Below are positions 63,936 through 64,000 of a DNA stretch of 64,000 nucleotides, piece after piece; positions within the stretch are counted from its first letter, which is position 1, and every line of letters begins with the position of its first letter. The position numbers and the translations under genes are program-made. The DNA is from an uncultured archaeon (lineage in GTDB: Archaea; Thermoproteota; Nitrososphaeria; Nitrososphaerales; Gagatemarchaeaceae): NCBI GenBank assembly GCA_963799775.1, contig CAWCYD010000003.1:1472001-1536000 (forward strand), given 5' to 3'. The notes beneath the pieces were generated by a model. That model worked only from the letters and a program-made list of their open reading frames with translations, was not told where the DNA came from and searched no databases.

Positions 63936-64000
63936 TCCCGTCCCCGAACTCCTCGAGGGATAGGATGTTCTGCGGCTCGTGTATCACAAGGCCCTGGGCG
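63928..64000 (-). CDS. hisG: C-terminus of ATP phosphoribosyltransferase (partial)
   Basis: AQGLVIHEPQNILSLEE; position directly upstream of hisD. Confidence 0.6.
   Translation of the reverse strand, partial: AQGLVIHEPQNILSLEEFGDGNE

Overview
Archaeal chromosomal window, most consistent with a GC-rich, heterotrophic Nitrososphaerota/TACK lineage (TFB, 7S SRP RNA, intron-containing tRNA, Lhr, thaumarchaeal-style his operon). Lineage is inferred, not searched. Many conserved genes carry single-base frameshifts, most likely long-read indel errors. Core content: P5C/aldehyde dehydrogenase, lipB-lpdA, ilvBH-leuACDB-ilvE, lipA plus a 2-oxoacid dehydrogenase (E1a/E1b/E2), ilvC, ilvD, Lhr helicase, an Smc5/6-like SMC-kleisin-KITE operon, trxA, tfb, an ISH3-family IS, SRP RNA, an opp/dpp ABC transporter, tRNA-Ser(GCT) and the his operon. 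Three highlights. (1) A lower-GC island (~4.3-12 kb) in which an EarA/DUF1495-like activator and a duplicated 189-bp unit carrying a TACATA-type palindrome precede two secreted G1 glutamic peptidases. (2) A 27-codon leader ORF ending TTA-GTT-TTA-GTC, followed by a hairpin, ahead of the ilv/leu operon: a candidate archaeal attenuator. (3) A short, hinge-less Smc5/6-like complex inside a DNA-repair neighbourhood.
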